DNA of 64,000 nt from Gemmatimonadota bacterium. Its GTDB lineage: Bacteria; Gemmatimonadota; Gemmatimonadetes; Palauibacterales; KS3-K002. The stretch lies in assembly GCA_041617795.1 (NCBI GenBank), contig JBFJOD010000001.1:21436-85435 (forward strand), given 5' to 3'. Below are positions 40,313 to 50,260 of this stretch, one piece after another. Position 1 is the stretch's first letter; each line of letters opens with the position of its first letter. A program made the translations under genes and the position numbers. The notes beneath the pieces were generated by a model. That model saw only the letters and a list, made by a program, of their open reading frames with translations. It was not told where the DNA came from and did no database searches.

Positions 40313-41380
40313 GTGAGCGACGAGCTCGGATTCGACCGCTGGGTCATCCTGCTGGCCGGCGGGATCGGCTCCCGGTTTTGGCCGGCCAGCACGCCCCGCC
40401 GCCCCAAACAGTTCCTACCGTTAGCCAGCGAACGGCCGCTGATCGTCGACACCTACGAGCGCGCCTGTGCGTTGACTCGAGCCGCCAACGTGCTGATCGT
40501 CGCCGGAGCCCAGCTGCGACCTCATCTGGAGCACTATCTGCCTGACCTGCGGCCCGAACAGCTCCTCCTTGAGCCGCAAGCCAGGGGTACCGCTCCCGCC
40601 CTGGCCTGGGCCGCACACGAAATCGTCGCTCGGGCCGAGCAGCCGGACCGGGCCGTGATGGTCTCGCTTCATTCCGATCATGTCATCCGCCCCCTCGATC
40701 GCTTCCTAGCCAACCTGGACCTTGCAGTGAACGGCGCCGGGCGGCTCGACCGGCTGTTGACCGTCGGTATCCAGCCGACCCGGCCCGAAACCGGCTACGG
40801 CTATATCGATGTCGGGGCCGAATTGAGCGCAGGTGTCCATGCGGTCCAGAGGTTCGTGGAGAAGCCAGACCGCGAAACCGCTGAGCGCTACCTGGCAGCC
40901 GGTAACTTCGTATGGAATTCCGGCATGTTCGTCTGGCGCCCACAGCGCTTGCTGGCCGAGTTCGCTGCTCACACACCGGAGCTGGCTGCCCACTTCAAGC
41001 TGCTGGCCGCCGGCGATGTCGCAGGCTTCTTCGCCGCGGCGCCGAACCTCACCATCGACCACGGCCTCATGGAGCGCAGCTCGAACATCGCCGTCGTCAA
41101 CGGCGAATTCCAATGGGACGACGTCGGTGCCTGGGCAGCGCTCATGCGGGTTCGCAAGTTAGATGGCCACGGCAATCTTTTGGTCGCCGATGCCCACGCT
41201 GTCGATAGCCGCGACAGCCTGGTCTGGGCAGAAGACGGTCCGGTCGTAATCTTTGGTCTATCCGACATGGTCGTTGTCAGGGCTTCGGGAATCACGTTCG
41301 TCGCGCCAAAAGACCGTGCGGTCGACCTGAAGAGCCTGCTCGCGAATCTGCCGTCAGACCTCAGAGACGGGATCGACTGA
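40313..41380 (+). CDS. manC: Mannose-1-phosphate guanylyltransferase (GDP-mannose pyrophosphorylase)
   Basis: GTG start with GGAGGT RBS; WVILLAGGIGSRFWPAS...PKQFLPL...; about 355 aa, no C-terminal PMI/cupin domain. Confidence 0.75.
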   Translation: MSDELGFDRWVILLAGGIGSRFWPASTPRRPKQFLPLASERPLIVDTYERACALTRAANVLIVAGAQLRPHLEHYLPDLRPEQLLLEPQARGTAPALAWAAHEIVARAEQPDRAVMVSLHSDHVIRPLDRFLANLDLAVNGAGRLDRLLTVGIQPTRPETGYGYIDVGAELSAGVHAVQRFVEKPDRETAERYLAAGNFVWNSGMFVWRPQRLLAEFAAHTPELAAHFKLLAAGDVAGFFAAAPNLTIDHGLMERSSNIAVVNGEFQWDDVGAWAALMRVRKLDGHGNLLVADAHAVDSRDSLVWAEDGPVVIFGLSDMVVVRASGITFVAPKDRAVDLKSLLANLPSDLRDGID

Positions 41381-41383
41381 CCA

Positions 41384-42595
41384 ATGGCTGCGCCCGAATT
41401 GATCCTCTTCGATGACCGGCGCGCCCAGGCTTGGGAGCCGTTCGCGCTGACCCGGCCAGCCGGCGAGCTCATCTTCGGGGGTATGCGATTGGTCGAGCGG
41501 GCCGAGCGCGCCTTCGGCCTACGCTGCACGGCCTACCTCACTGCGGACCACCTCGAAGCTTTCAGTGAAGAAGGCGCCTGCAGCGCCGTGCGCCTCGACG
41601 ACTTGCCCAGCACGCGTGACCGTTATTTCTGGTGCTCGCGGGCGGCCGTCGAGCTCGGCCAGCAGATTTCGCCACCACGAGTCCTTTCACTTCTGTTGAT
41701 CGGCGGTCGGCCTGTTGGTCTTTTCGTACCATCCGGACAGCAACCGGACCCCGAGTTCTTCAGCGATTTGCAAGCCATAAAGGGAGTGGAAGCGGAAATC
41801 CAATTGCGTGGTCGCCTTCTGGACGAGATCTGGGATGTGCTTCTCGAGACACCTGACCAGCTGGTCCGCGACCTCGCCGACGCAAAGAGCCGATCCGCCA
41901 CGCTGGCGGACGGCGTCTACCAGTTCGGCGAGCACCCTCTAACCTGCGGTCGTGGAGTCCGGATCGAGCCGGGCGCTGTCTTCGACACGCGGGACGGCCC
42001 TATTCGTTTGGAAGATGAGGTGGAGGTCAGGACCGGCACACGGGTTGCCGGTCCGGCTCTAGTTGGCCGTCGCTCGCGCTTGCTGGGGGATTCCTTCGAG
42101 AAGATCTCCGCGGGTCCCTACAGTTACTTGCATGGCGAAGTCTCTGAAAGCGTCATCCTCGGGTATGTGAACAAGGCCCACGGAGGCTACCTCGGCCATG
42201 CCTACATCGGTCGCTGGGCCAACCTTGGCGCGTTCACCACCAACAGCGACCTCAAGAACAACTATCGCCCGATACGAATCTGGACTCCTTCAGGCGTACG
42301 TTCCACCGGCCGGATAAAGGTCGGATGCTTCCTCGGCGATCACGTGAAGACCGGAATTGGGCTTCTTCTCAGCACGGGCACGGTTGTGGGTGCGGGCGCG
42401 AACGTGTATGGTGTCGCCATGCCGCCCAGCTACGTGCAACCGTTCAGCTGGGGTGAGGGCAGCGATCTTGGTGAGTATCGCCTGGCCGATTTTCTGGAAA
42501 CCGCCAAGACGGCTATGGGCAGGCGCGGTGTGGAACTCGATGAGCGCGGGCGGCGCCATCTGGAGCGCTGCTGGCGGAAGGGGCGGGGTGGATGA
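41384..42595 (+). CDS. Putative sugar-nucleotidyltransferase-like protein with C-terminal left-handed beta-helix (hexapeptide-repeat) domain (GlmU-like)
   Basis: 403 aa; the N-terminal domain lacks the canonical GxGTRL motif; C-terminal hexapeptide repeats (...VGAGANVYGV...); 4-nt gap after manC and 4-nt overlap with the next gene. Confidence 0.45.
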   Translation: MAAPELILFDDRRAQAWEPFALTRPAGELIFGGMRLVERAERAFGLRCTAYLTADHLEAFSEEGACSAVRLDDLPSTRDRYFWCSRAAVELGQQISPPRVLSLLLIGGRPVGLFVPSGQQPDPEFFSDLQAIKGVEAEIQLRGRLLDEIWDVLLETPDQLVRDLADAKSRSATLADGVYQFGEHPLTCGRGVRIEPGAVFDTRDGPIRLEDEVEVRTGTRVAGPALVGRRSRLLGDSFEKISAGPYSYLHGEVSESVILGYVNKAHGGYLGHAYIGRWANLGAFTTNSDLKNNYRPIRIWTPSGVRSTGRIKVGCFLGDHVKTGIGLLLSTGTVVGAGANVYGVAMPPSYVQPFSWGEGSDLGEYRLADFLETAKTAMGRRGVELDERGRRHLERCWRKGRGG

Positions 42596-43419
42596 GCTTT
42601 TGGGTTCACGTGTTGGGCAGTGGCAGCCGCGGCAATTCAATCCTGTTGGAAACCTCCGAAACACGAATACTCGTTGATGCAGGCTTCAGTGGTCGTCAGA
42701 TCGAGCGCCGACTCCGGGCTGTTGGAGCGCCGCCGGATAGCGTCTCGGCTCTCTTCATCACTCACGAGCACCGCGACCACACGCAAGGCATGGGCGTTCT
42801 GGCACGGCGCTGGAACATTCCGATCTACATCGCCCGGGCAACCGCAGGCTCGTGCTCGGCCCTCCTCAAAGGCAGCGAGACGATTCGGTTTTACCGCGCC
42901 GGTCAGCCCGTCGATCTAGACGACCTGCGGATCGAGCCATTCCTGACCTGCCATGATGCCATCGATCCGGTGGCCGTCACCGTTCGTCATCGCCCCAGTG
43001 GACTGAAGGTGGGAATCGCGACCGACCTAGGAACGCCGACGGTTTCGGTTCGGCATTCTCTGCAAGGCTGTGACTTGTTGATCCTCGAGGCAAACCACGA
43101 CGAGATCATGCTGCGAACCGGCCCCTACCCCTGGTCGGTCAAGAGCCGCATCGCAGGCCGCCACGGCCACCTCTCCAATCGTGCCGCCGCGCAACTCGGG
43201 ATCGAGCTGCTGCACCCGCGCCTGGCCGGCATCGTTCTGGCTCACCTGAGCCAGGAATGCAATGAGCCGGCGTTGGCCGCCGGGATCGTCGGTGAGGCTT
43301 TGAGACGGAAAGGTTACCAGGCGTTGCTCGAGGTCGCCGTCCAGGACGAGCCATTGGCAGGGATCAACGTGACGGCTCTGGCTGCTGAGGTGCGACCGGC
43401 CCAGCTGAGTTTGTTCTAA
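42592..43419 (+). CDS. MBL-fold metallo-hydrolase (YycJ/PhnP-like)
   Basis: 275 aa; VLGSGSRGNSILLE..., zinc motif ITHEHRDHTQG, ...GHLS... Confidence 0.7.
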   Translation: MSFWVHVLGSGSRGNSILLETSETRILVDAGFSGRQIERRLRAVGAPPDSVSALFITHEHRDHTQGMGVLARRWNIPIYIARATAGSCSALLKGSETIRFYRAGQPVDLDDLRIEPFLTCHDAIDPVAVTVRHRPSGLKVGIATDLGTPTVSVRHSLQGCDLLILEANHDEIMLRTGPYPWSVKSRIAGRHGHLSNRAAAQLGIELLHPRLAGIVLAHLSQECNEPALAAGIVGEALRRKGYQALLEVAVQDEPLAGINVTALAAEVRPAQLSLF

Positions 43420-43434
43420 TTCAGATAGTGCGCC

Positions 43435-44520
43435 TCAGTTACCCGTTAGCCTCAGGACGTCACTGGTCAGCGCCCAGACCATAATCGCCAAGATCATCAC
43501 TAAGCCGACCTGGCTCAGGCGCGCGCGCGCATCGAGGGACAGGGCCCGGCCGCGAATCGCCTCGATTCCCAAGAAAACCAGGTGACCGCCGTCCAGAATC
43601 GGGATCGGCAGTAGGTTCAGCACGGCCAGGTGGACGCTCAGTATGGCCATCAGGGTAATCAGCGCCAGGGGACCGGCTCGTGCGGCCTGGCCGGAAAGTT
43701 GTCCGATGAGGATCGGCCCACCGACGTCCCGCGCCGAAGCCTGACCGGTGAAAAGCTGTCCGAGGAAATGAACGACCAGCGCCGACATCCCGATGGTCGC
43801 CTTTGTGCCGGCGACGAACGATCCGGCAAGACCTAGTTCTCGGGGCGCGTTATCGGGATCGGGGGCGACGCCGATCTGCCCGTAGACCAGGGTGTCACCG
43901 CTGAGCGAGTCGACCTCGATGATCCGAGCCACCCGAGTGTCAAACTCCAGATTCCGGCCATCCCTTTCGACAACAACGGTGATGGTCTCGTCCGGCCGTG
44001 CCCTGATGTGTTCCGTGAGATCACCCCAGACCTTGATCTCGTTGCCATCTATCGCGCGGATCAGGTCGCCGGCCTGAATGCCGGCGACTTGAGCTGGCGC
44101 GCCTTCGACTACCTCGCCAATCAGCGCGGCCCAAGATGTGTAATGGGCGATACCCGCATACGCGAAGATCGCGAAGATGAAGTTCATGATTACGCCAGCC
44201 GATATCACGGCCGCACGCGTCGCGATAGACTTTGATTCGAAGCGCCGCTCGGGCGGCACTTCCAGTTCCGACTTGCCGCCCTCCAGCTTTTCCAGTGCCT
44301 CTTCCTCGCCCATCCCGGCCATCTTCACGTAGCCACCGAGCGGCAGGGCCGAGATGACGTACTCCGTTTCACCCCACGTGAAGCCCCAGACCTTCGGGCC
44401 CAAACCGACCGAAAACCGCGGCACCGCAATCCCCGCCAGCTTGGCCGTGATGAAGTGGCCAAGCTCGTGTACGATGATCAGGACACCCAGGACAACAACG
44501 AAAGCGATAATAGAAGTCAT
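43435..44520 (-). CDS. rseP: RIP zinc metalloprotease RseP (site-2 protease, M50)
   Basis: 361 aa; HELGHFITAKL motif, PDZ domain, C-terminal LDGG. Confidence 0.85.
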   Translation of the reverse strand: MTSIIAFVVVLGVLIIVHELGHFITAKLAGIAVPRFSVGLGPKVWGFTWGETEYVISALPLGGYVKMAGMGEEEALEKLEGGKSELEVPPERRFESKSIATRAAVISAGVIMNFIFAIFAYAGIAHYTSWAALIGEVVEGAPAQVAGIQAGDLIRAIDGNEIKVWGDLTEHIRARPDETITVVVERDGRNLEFDTRVARIIEVDSLSGDTLVYGQIGVAPDPDNAPRELGLAGSFVAGTKATIGMSALVVHFLGQLFTGQASARDVGGPILIGQLSGQAARAGPLALITLMAILSVHLAVLNLLPIPILDGGHLVFLGIEAIRGRALSLDARARLSQVGLVMILAIMVWALTSDVLRLTGN

Positions 44521-45693
44521 CTACACCAACCGTTGAGTTTTCTTGGCCAATGCGTCGGCGCTGGCCCGCGCCGCCTCGCGCGCCCAAGCATCAGCCTTCT
44601 TCACGACTTCGAGCCTCGTCACATCTTCGACGACGTGCCCAGCCAACGCCTCCCGAATAACCTCGGGTATCTCGGTGAATGCAATGCGCTCCGCCAAGAA
44701 CGCCGCTACAGCCTCTTCTCCGGCCGCGTTGAACACCGCCGGCGCCGTGCCGCCGCGCAGTGCCGCATCGCGTCCCAGCTCGAACGCCGGGAAGCGTTCC
44801 GGCGGAACCGGCTCGAATGTCAACGCACCGATCTCCGCCAAATCAAGCCGCGGTGTTTCGAACGGCAACCGCTCCGGATAATTGAGTGCGTAGAGCACCG
44901 GCACGGCCATCGTCGGATAACCTAACTGCGCCAGCGCCGAACCATCCTGAAACTCGACCAGCGAATGAACGATCGACTGCGGGTGTATCACCACCGCAAC
45001 CTGGTCGTAGGGCAGCCCAAACAGGTGGTGGGCTTCAATGACTTCCAGCGCTTTGTTCACCAGCGTTGCGGAGTCGACCGTGATCTTAGCACCCATGTCC
45101 CATGTCGGATGGCGCAGCGCTTCCTCCGGGGTTACACCGGCAAGCTCCAGTGGATCCCGCTCCCGGAAGGGTCCGCCCGAAGCCGTGAGCACGATTCTGC
45201 GCACGCTGGCGCGGTCCGATCCTTCCAGGCACTGGAAGACGGCGCTGTGCTCGCTATCCACAGGAATGAGCTCGCCACCGCCGTCGCCCAGCGCACGCAT
45301 GATCAGCGGTCCTCCGACAACCAGCGACTCCTTGTTCGCCAGAGCCAAACGCTTTCCCGCCCCGAGAGCGGCCAGCGAGGGCTCGAGGCCCGCCGCGCCC
45401 ACCAACGCGTTGACGACGATGTCGACGTCGGGATGACTCGCCGCCTCCATCACCGAGTCCCACCCGCTGGCGACTCGGGTCTGCGTCGATCTGGGCAGGC
45501 CGGCAAGTTCCCCATCGACGAGGACGGCCAACTCGGGCTGGAAGCGCCCGATCTGAGCAATCAAAGCGTCCGCGCTGCGATGCGCCGTTAAGGCCACAAC
45601 CCGAAAGCGATCGGGGAACGCACCGATCACTTCCAGGGTCGTGCGGCCGATCGATCCCGTCGAACCGAGCACCGCAACGCCCCGCCTGTTCAT
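44521..45693 (-). CDS. dxr: 1-deoxy-D-xylulose 5-phosphate reductoisomerase
   Basis: ORF 44521..45813 trimmed to MNRRGVAVLGSTGSIGRTTLEVI... Confidence 0.9.
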   Translation of the reverse strand: MNRRGVAVLGSTGSIGRTTLEVIGAFPDRFRVVALTAHRSADALIAQIGRFQPELAVLVDGELAGLPRSTQTRVASGWDSVMEAASHPDVDIVVNALVGAAGLEPSLAALGAGKRLALANKESLVVGGPLIMRALGDGGGELIPVDSEHSAVFQCLEGSDRASVRRIVLTASGGPFRERDPLELAGVTPEEALRHPTWDMGAKITVDSATLVNKALEVIEAHHLFGLPYDQVAVVIHPQSIVHSLVEFQDGSALAQLGYPTMAVPVLYALNYPERLPFETPRLDLAEIGALTFEPVPPERFPAFELGRDAALRGGTAPAVFNAAGEEAVAAFLAERIAFTEIPEVIREALAGHVVEDVTRLEVVKKADAWAREAARASADALAKKTQRLV

Positions 45694-46538
45694 CACACCC
45701 CCACAATTCGCAGATACGCGTAGGCGATCGGAAAAACGAAGAGTAGCGAATCGAGCCGGTCCAGAGCGCCGCCGTGGCCCGGAAACAGGCTGGAACTGTC
45801 CTTCACCCCGCATTCCCGCTTGAAGCGGGACTCGAAAAGATCTCCGATCTGGCCTGCGACCGCAACCAGCACACCGAAGCCTAGTACCTGGACGGTGCCC
45901 AGCGACCAGTCAACCAGCGGCCGGGTGAGCCCGACATAGAGCAGCGCGCCGCCGGCCGTGGCAATTAGACCGCCGACGGCCCCCTCGACGGTCTTACCCG
46001 GGCTTATCTTCGGTGCAAGTTTGTGCCTGCCGATGGCATGACCTGTGAAGTAGGCGGCGGTATCGCCGAGCCAGGTCACGGCCACAGGAAAGAACAAGAT
46101 GGCCGCACCGCGCAGACCGGCTTCGCTACCTTCTATCCCTCTGAGCCAGACCGCGAAAACCAGCAGTCCGCCGGTCAACAAGGCCCCGAAGGTCACGACC
46201 ATGACGGAGTGGCCCGGCTTCGCTTCGGGCGGCGCCATCAGCATCAGCGAGGCCGCTCCGACCAACGTGATGATCGCTGCCCAGATGATCAGTTCGGCGG
46301 GTGGAAGTGTCCCGGCCAGCAGCAAATAGCCGGCGGCTAGCAGAGCGGCTAATGCGGGGGCGTTGGGTAGAGCCACCTCACGGTGCATGCGGCCGAACTC
46401 CCAGGCCGCCAGCCCGGCCAACACGGCCAGGAGACCGATCAGCCAGTAGCCACCCTGGTACATCGCACCCAGGGCCACCGGGATGCCGACCAGTGCGACG
46501 CCTACACGCTTGGCGAGCTCGCCACTCTGACAGGCCAT
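45693..46538 (-). CDS. cdsA: Phosphatidate cytidylyltransferase
   Basis: 281 aa; C-terminal signature ...KTVEGAVGG...GDLFESRFKRECGVKDSSSLFPGHGGALDRLDS... Confidence 0.85.
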   Translation of the reverse strand: MACQSGELAKRVGVALVGIPVALGAMYQGGYWLIGLLAVLAGLAAWEFGRMHREVALPNAPALAALLAAGYLLLAGTLPPAELIIWAAIITLVGAASLMLMAPPEAKPGHSVMVVTFGALLTGGLLVFAVWLRGIEGSEAGLRGAAILFFPVAVTWLGDTAAYFTGHAIGRHKLAPKISPGKTVEGAVGGLIATAGGALLYVGLTRPLVDWSLGTVQVLGFGVLVAVAGQIGDLFESRFKRECGVKDSSSLFPGHGGALDRLDSLLFVFPIAYAYLRIVGV

Positions 46539-47284
46539 CAGATGTTTACCTTACCGAACCTGCGTTCCCGTTTCGAGTATTCCAGGATGGCCTCGAACAG
46601 ATCCTCACGATTGAAATCGGGCCAGAGGACCGGAGTGCTGTAGAGTTCAGTGTAGGCGAGCTGCCAGAGCATGAAGTTCGAGATCCGGTACTCGCCGGAA
46701 GTGCGAATGAGCAGATCGGGGTCCGGCCAGCGTGCGGTGAAAAGCTCTGCCGAAAACGCCGATTCGTCGATATCCGCCAGCTTCATTTCACCATTGGCGA
46801 CCTTCTCGGCCACCCGGCGCGCGGCGTGGGTCAACTCGGCCCGGCTGCCATAGCTGATAGCAAGGATCAGGTCGAGACGATCGCCCTGCTGAGTCGCATC
46901 GATGATCATATTGACGGCCGCACGCTCTGCGGCTGCAAGGCGTGCAACCTCACCGACCACGTGGACTTTCACGCCGTTGTCGACCAGATCCTGAAGCTCG
47001 GACTTGGCGTAGCGCTTCAGTAGTGACATTAGAAAGGCGATCTCGCGCGCTGGCCTCTGCCAGTTCTCCTGCGAGAAGGCAAACAGAGTGAGAATATCGA
47101 GGCCGGCTTCGATGGAGGCCTCGACAGTCTGCTTGACGGACTTCATGCCCGCTCTGTGCCCTTCTTGGCGCGGCAAGCCGCGCTCGCGGGCCCAGCGACC
47201 ATTTCCATCCATGATGATGGCGACATGGCGCGGCCGCTGTTTATTGTCTAGTTCCCGGATAAGTTCGAGTCGTTTGGAAGGCAT
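46538..47284 (-). CDS. uppS: Isoprenyl transferase (undecaprenyl diphosphate synthase)
   Basis: 248 aa; HVAIIMDGNGRWA ... FSQENWQRP. Confidence 0.9.
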   Translation of the reverse strand: MPSKRLELIRELDNKQRPRHVAIIMDGNGRWARERGLPRQEGHRAGMKSVKQTVEASIEAGLDILTLFAFSQENWQRPAREIAFLMSLLKRYAKSELQDLVDNGVKVHVVGEVARLAAAERAAVNMIIDATQQGDRLDLILAISYGSRAELTHAARRVAEKVANGEMKLADIDESAFSAELFTARWPDPDLLIRTSGEYRISNFMLWQLAYTELYSTPVLWPDFNREDLFEAILEYSKRERRFGKVNI

Positions 47285-47345
47285 GATTCAGAACGGCGAC
47301 CGCGCAACGGAGACGATTGACCGGCTGACGGCTCATGGTGAGCAG

Positions 47346-47897
47346 TCAGACTTCCATGACCTCTTCTTCTTTAGCCTTCATGAGCGCATCGACTTTGCCC
47401 GCGTAGTCATCGGTAAGCTTCTGGATCTCATCCAGCAGGCGATGACCTTCGTCTTCCGACAGGTCGCCGCTCTTCATCTTGCCTTTGACCTCATCGTTCG
47501 CAGCCCGTCGCGCGGTACGCAGCGAAACACGACCTTCCTCCGCCATCTTGTGCAGTATCTTGACCAGTTCTTTGCGGCGCTCTTCGTTCAACGGCGGGAT
47601 GGGCACGTGAATCAAGGTCCCATCATTTGATGGGTTGAGGCCGAGATCCGAGCTCTGGATCGTCTTCTCGATAACGCCCATTAAGGTCTTGTCCCAAGGC
47701 TGAACCACGAGCAGCCGAGGCTCGGGAGCACTGATCGTCGCAAGCTGCTCCAGCGGCATCTGGGTGTCATAGGCCTCGACGCGCACGTGTTCGAGCAGCG
47801 CCGGAGAGGCTTTGCCAGTCCGGACGGTCGCGAATTCCCGGCGCAGCGCTTCCAGGGCGCCTTCCATCCGCTCCTTTGTCTCCTTGGTGATCTTCAT
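47346..47897 (-). CDS. frr: Ribosome recycling factor
   Basis: 183 aa; canonical tsf-pyrH-frr order. Confidence 0.9.
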   Translation of the reverse strand: MKITKETKERMEGALEALRREFATVRTGKASPALLEHVRVEAYDTQMPLEQLATISAPEPRLLVVQPWDKTLMGVIEKTIQSSDLGLNPSNDGTLIHVPIPPLNEERRKELVKILHKMAEEGRVSLRTARRAANDEVKGKMKSGDLSEDEGHRLLDEIQKLTDDYAGKVDALMKAKEEEVMEV

Positions 47898-48631
47898 GAA
47901 CCCACCTCCGCGGAAATCAAAGTGCCGACCCGCTCGCCGCGCGCTGCCGTCAGCACGGCGCCCGGGCGCTGGACATTCAAGACAATGACGGGCAACCCGT
48001 TATCCTTACAAAGCGAGATCGCCGTCGCATCCATCACGCCGAGCTCCCGCGTCATCACCTCGAGGAACGAGATCTCGGGTATCAGTTCAGCGGTCGGGTC
48101 CGCCGCAGGATCCGCCGCGTACACGCCGTCGACCTTTGTCGCCTTGATGATCAGCTCGGCTTCCATCTCGATCGCGCGAAGCACCGCTGCCGTGTCGGTT
48201 GAAAAGTACGGATTACCCGTGCCGCCTGCAAAGAGAACGACTCGTCCCTTCTCGATGTGCCGGATTGCGCGGCGACGAATGTAAGGCTCCGCCAGTTCAT
48301 CCATGCGGATCGCCGTCAACACACGGTTTTCCACACCTTTCTTCTCCAGCATGTCCTGAACCGCCAGGGCATTGATGACCGTGGCCAACATACCCATGTA
48401 GTCGGCGGAAACTCGGTCCATTCCACCCTGCGCCGCCGAGGCACCACGGACTATGTTCCCACCGCCGACGACCAGACCCAGGGCGACGCCCGCCTGATGG
48501 ACCGCCTTTATCTCTTCGGTCAGCCGATCGATCTCCGGGAGGGAAATACCGAAGCCTTCGCTGCCCGCCAGCGACTCGCCGGACAGCTTGAGAAGAACTC
48601 GCTGATATTTGAATTTCGCCTTGTCAGCCAC
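47894..48631 (-). CDS. pyrH: UMP kinase
   Basis: 245 aa; ...VLLKLSGE... amino-acid kinase fold. Confidence 0.9.
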   Translation of the reverse strand: MADKAKFKYQRVLLKLSGESLAGSEGFGISLPEIDRLTEEIKAVHQAGVALGLVVGGGNIVRGASAAQGGMDRVSADYMGMLATVINALAVQDMLEKKGVENRVLTAIRMDELAEPYIRRRAIRHIEKGRVVLFAGGTGNPYFSTDTAAVLRAIEMEAELIIKATKVDGVYAADPAADPTAELIPEISFLEVMTRELGVMDATAISLCKDNGLPVIVLNVQRPGAVLTAARGERVGTLISAEVGS

Positions 48632-49228
48632 CTACGCGCCCACCTGGTAGCGTATGAATCGCCCGACTGCGATCCGCTCGCCGAGCTTCGACTGGGTTTC
48701 CGAAATCCTCTGCGCTACCGAGACCTCAGGGTTCTTCACATACTTCTGCTCGAGCAGCGTTCGCTCTTCGTAGAACTTCCGCAGTCTGCCCTCCATGATC
48801 TTCTGCGCGATGTGTTCAGGCTTGCCCTCCTCTTTCGCCTGGGCGAGGAAGATCGAGCGCTCACGCTCGATCGTCTCAGCGGGTATCTCCTCCGGCGCGA
48901 CCGCCAACGGGTCGGTCGCGGCGATGTGCATGGCAAGATCACGTGCCAACTCACGGAACTCATCGGTTCGCGCCACAAAATCCGTCTCGCAGTTCAGTTC
49001 GACCAGGACGCCGACATTCCGTGAATGGTGAATGTAGGATTCGATCACGCCTTCCTGGGCCTCGCGCCCGACGCGCTTCTCAGCCGCAGCCGCTCCTTTC
49101 TTGCGAAGCCATTCAATTGCGGCGTCAATATCTCCGGAGTTTTCCTCGAGCGCTCGCTTGCAATCCATCATTCCAGCGCCCGTTCGGTCTCTCAGTGCTT
49201 TTACGTCTGTCGCCTTTATCTCAGCCAT
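48632..49228 (-). CDS. tsf: Elongation factor Ts (short ~198-aa form)
   Basis: MAEIKATDVKALRDRTGAGMMDCKRALEE... UBA-like N-terminus; ...LVELNCETDFVAR... Confidence 0.85.
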   Translation of the reverse strand: MAEIKATDVKALRDRTGAGMMDCKRALEENSGDIDAAIEWLRKKGAAAAEKRVGREAQEGVIESYIHHSRNVGVLVELNCETDFVARTDEFRELARDLAMHIAATDPLAVAPEEIPAETIERERSIFLAQAKEEGKPEHIAQKIMEGRLRKFYEERTLLEQKYVKNPEVSVAQRISETQSKLGERIAVGRFIRYQVGA

Positions 49229-49257
49229 CTCTTATCGCCAAGTTGGTTGCTCATTAT

Positions 49258-49281
49258 CAAAAGGGCCACCGAAGTGGCCCC
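49258..49281 (-). terminator. Intergenic hairpin + U-run (attenuator / partial terminator) between rpsB and tsf
   Basis: Minus-strand RNA: GGGCCAC-UUCG-GUGGCCC followed by UUUU; an rpsB-tsf attenuator is known in E. coli. Confidence 0.45.
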
Positions 49282-49288
49282 GCCAGCG

Positions 49289-50230
49289 CTAATCCTCGCT
49301 GGTATCCTTTTCGATCTCGTCTTCGCTTTCGGCGGCGCTCTCATCATCGTAGTCAGCTACGTCCTCGAATTCACCGCCTTCACCGTCAGTCGCAACCCGG
49401 TGCGCAGCGATGACCTCGGGCCGTGGACGTCTCTTCTTGCGCGACCGCTTGCCTGCACCGCCACCCTCCGTTACGGCCACCGCCCCATCACTCGAGTAAG
49501 TGAAGACTTCTTCCTCTTCTTCCGCAGCGGCCGCACGAAGCTCTTCGGGCATTTCCGCGACGGCCGTCTGGACGGTCCCCGCGATTTCCGCGGTTATCAA
49601 GGATACCGAGCGGATCGCGTCATCGTTGCCAGCGATCGGGATTGTCAGGAGATCCGGGTCGGCGTTGGTGTCCGCGATCGCGATAACCGGGATCTTCAGC
49701 TTGTTCGCCTCGGCCACAGCGATGGCCTCTTTCTTCGAATCCACGACGAAGAGACACCCCGGCAACCGCGACATGTCCTTGATACCAGATAGGTACCGAT
49801 CGAGTTTCTCGCGCTCACGATCAAGCAGCAATTGCTCCTTCTTGGTGTAAAACTCGAAGGCGCCTTCCTCCGCTCCTCGTTCCAGTTCCTTGAGCCGGCG
49901 GATGTTCTTCTTGATCGTTTGGAAGTTCGTCAACATGCCGCCCAACCAGCGCTCGGTGACATAGTAGCCACCGCACCGTTCGGCTTCAGCCCGAACGATC
50001 TCGTTGAGTTGCGGCTTCGTACAGACAAAAAGGACGCTGTTGTTGCGGTGCACGACTTCGCGAACCAGATCCTTTGCGCGCTGGAGCTGGCTCAGTGTCT
50101 TCTTGAGGTCGATGATGTAGATGCCGCCGCGCTCGGCGAAGATGTAGCGCCGCATCTTCGGGTTCCAGCGACGCGTCTGATGGCCGAAATGAACACCGGC
50201 CTTGAGAAGTTCTTCCAGTCCTACCGCCAT
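49289..50230 (-). CDS. rpsB: 30S ribosomal protein S2 (with ~70-aa acidic C-terminal extension)
   Basis: 313 aa; MAVGLEELLKAGVHFGHQTRRWNPKM... Confidence 0.9.
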   Translation of the reverse strand: MAVGLEELLKAGVHFGHQTRRWNPKMRRYIFAERGGIYIIDLKKTLSQLQRAKDLVREVVHRNNSVLFVCTKPQLNEIVRAEAERCGGYYVTERWLGGMLTNFQTIKKNIRRLKELERGAEEGAFEFYTKKEQLLLDREREKLDRYLSGIKDMSRLPGCLFVVDSKKEAIAVAEANKLKIPVIAIADTNADPDLLTIPIAGNDDAIRSVSLITAEIAGTVQTAVAEMPEELRAAAAEEEEEVFTYSSDGAVAVTEGGGAGKRSRKKRRPRPEVIAAHRVATDGEGGEFEDVADYDDESAAESEDEIEKDTSED

Positions 50231-50260
50231 TAAATCCTCATTCCTCGAATTCCAACCGAT

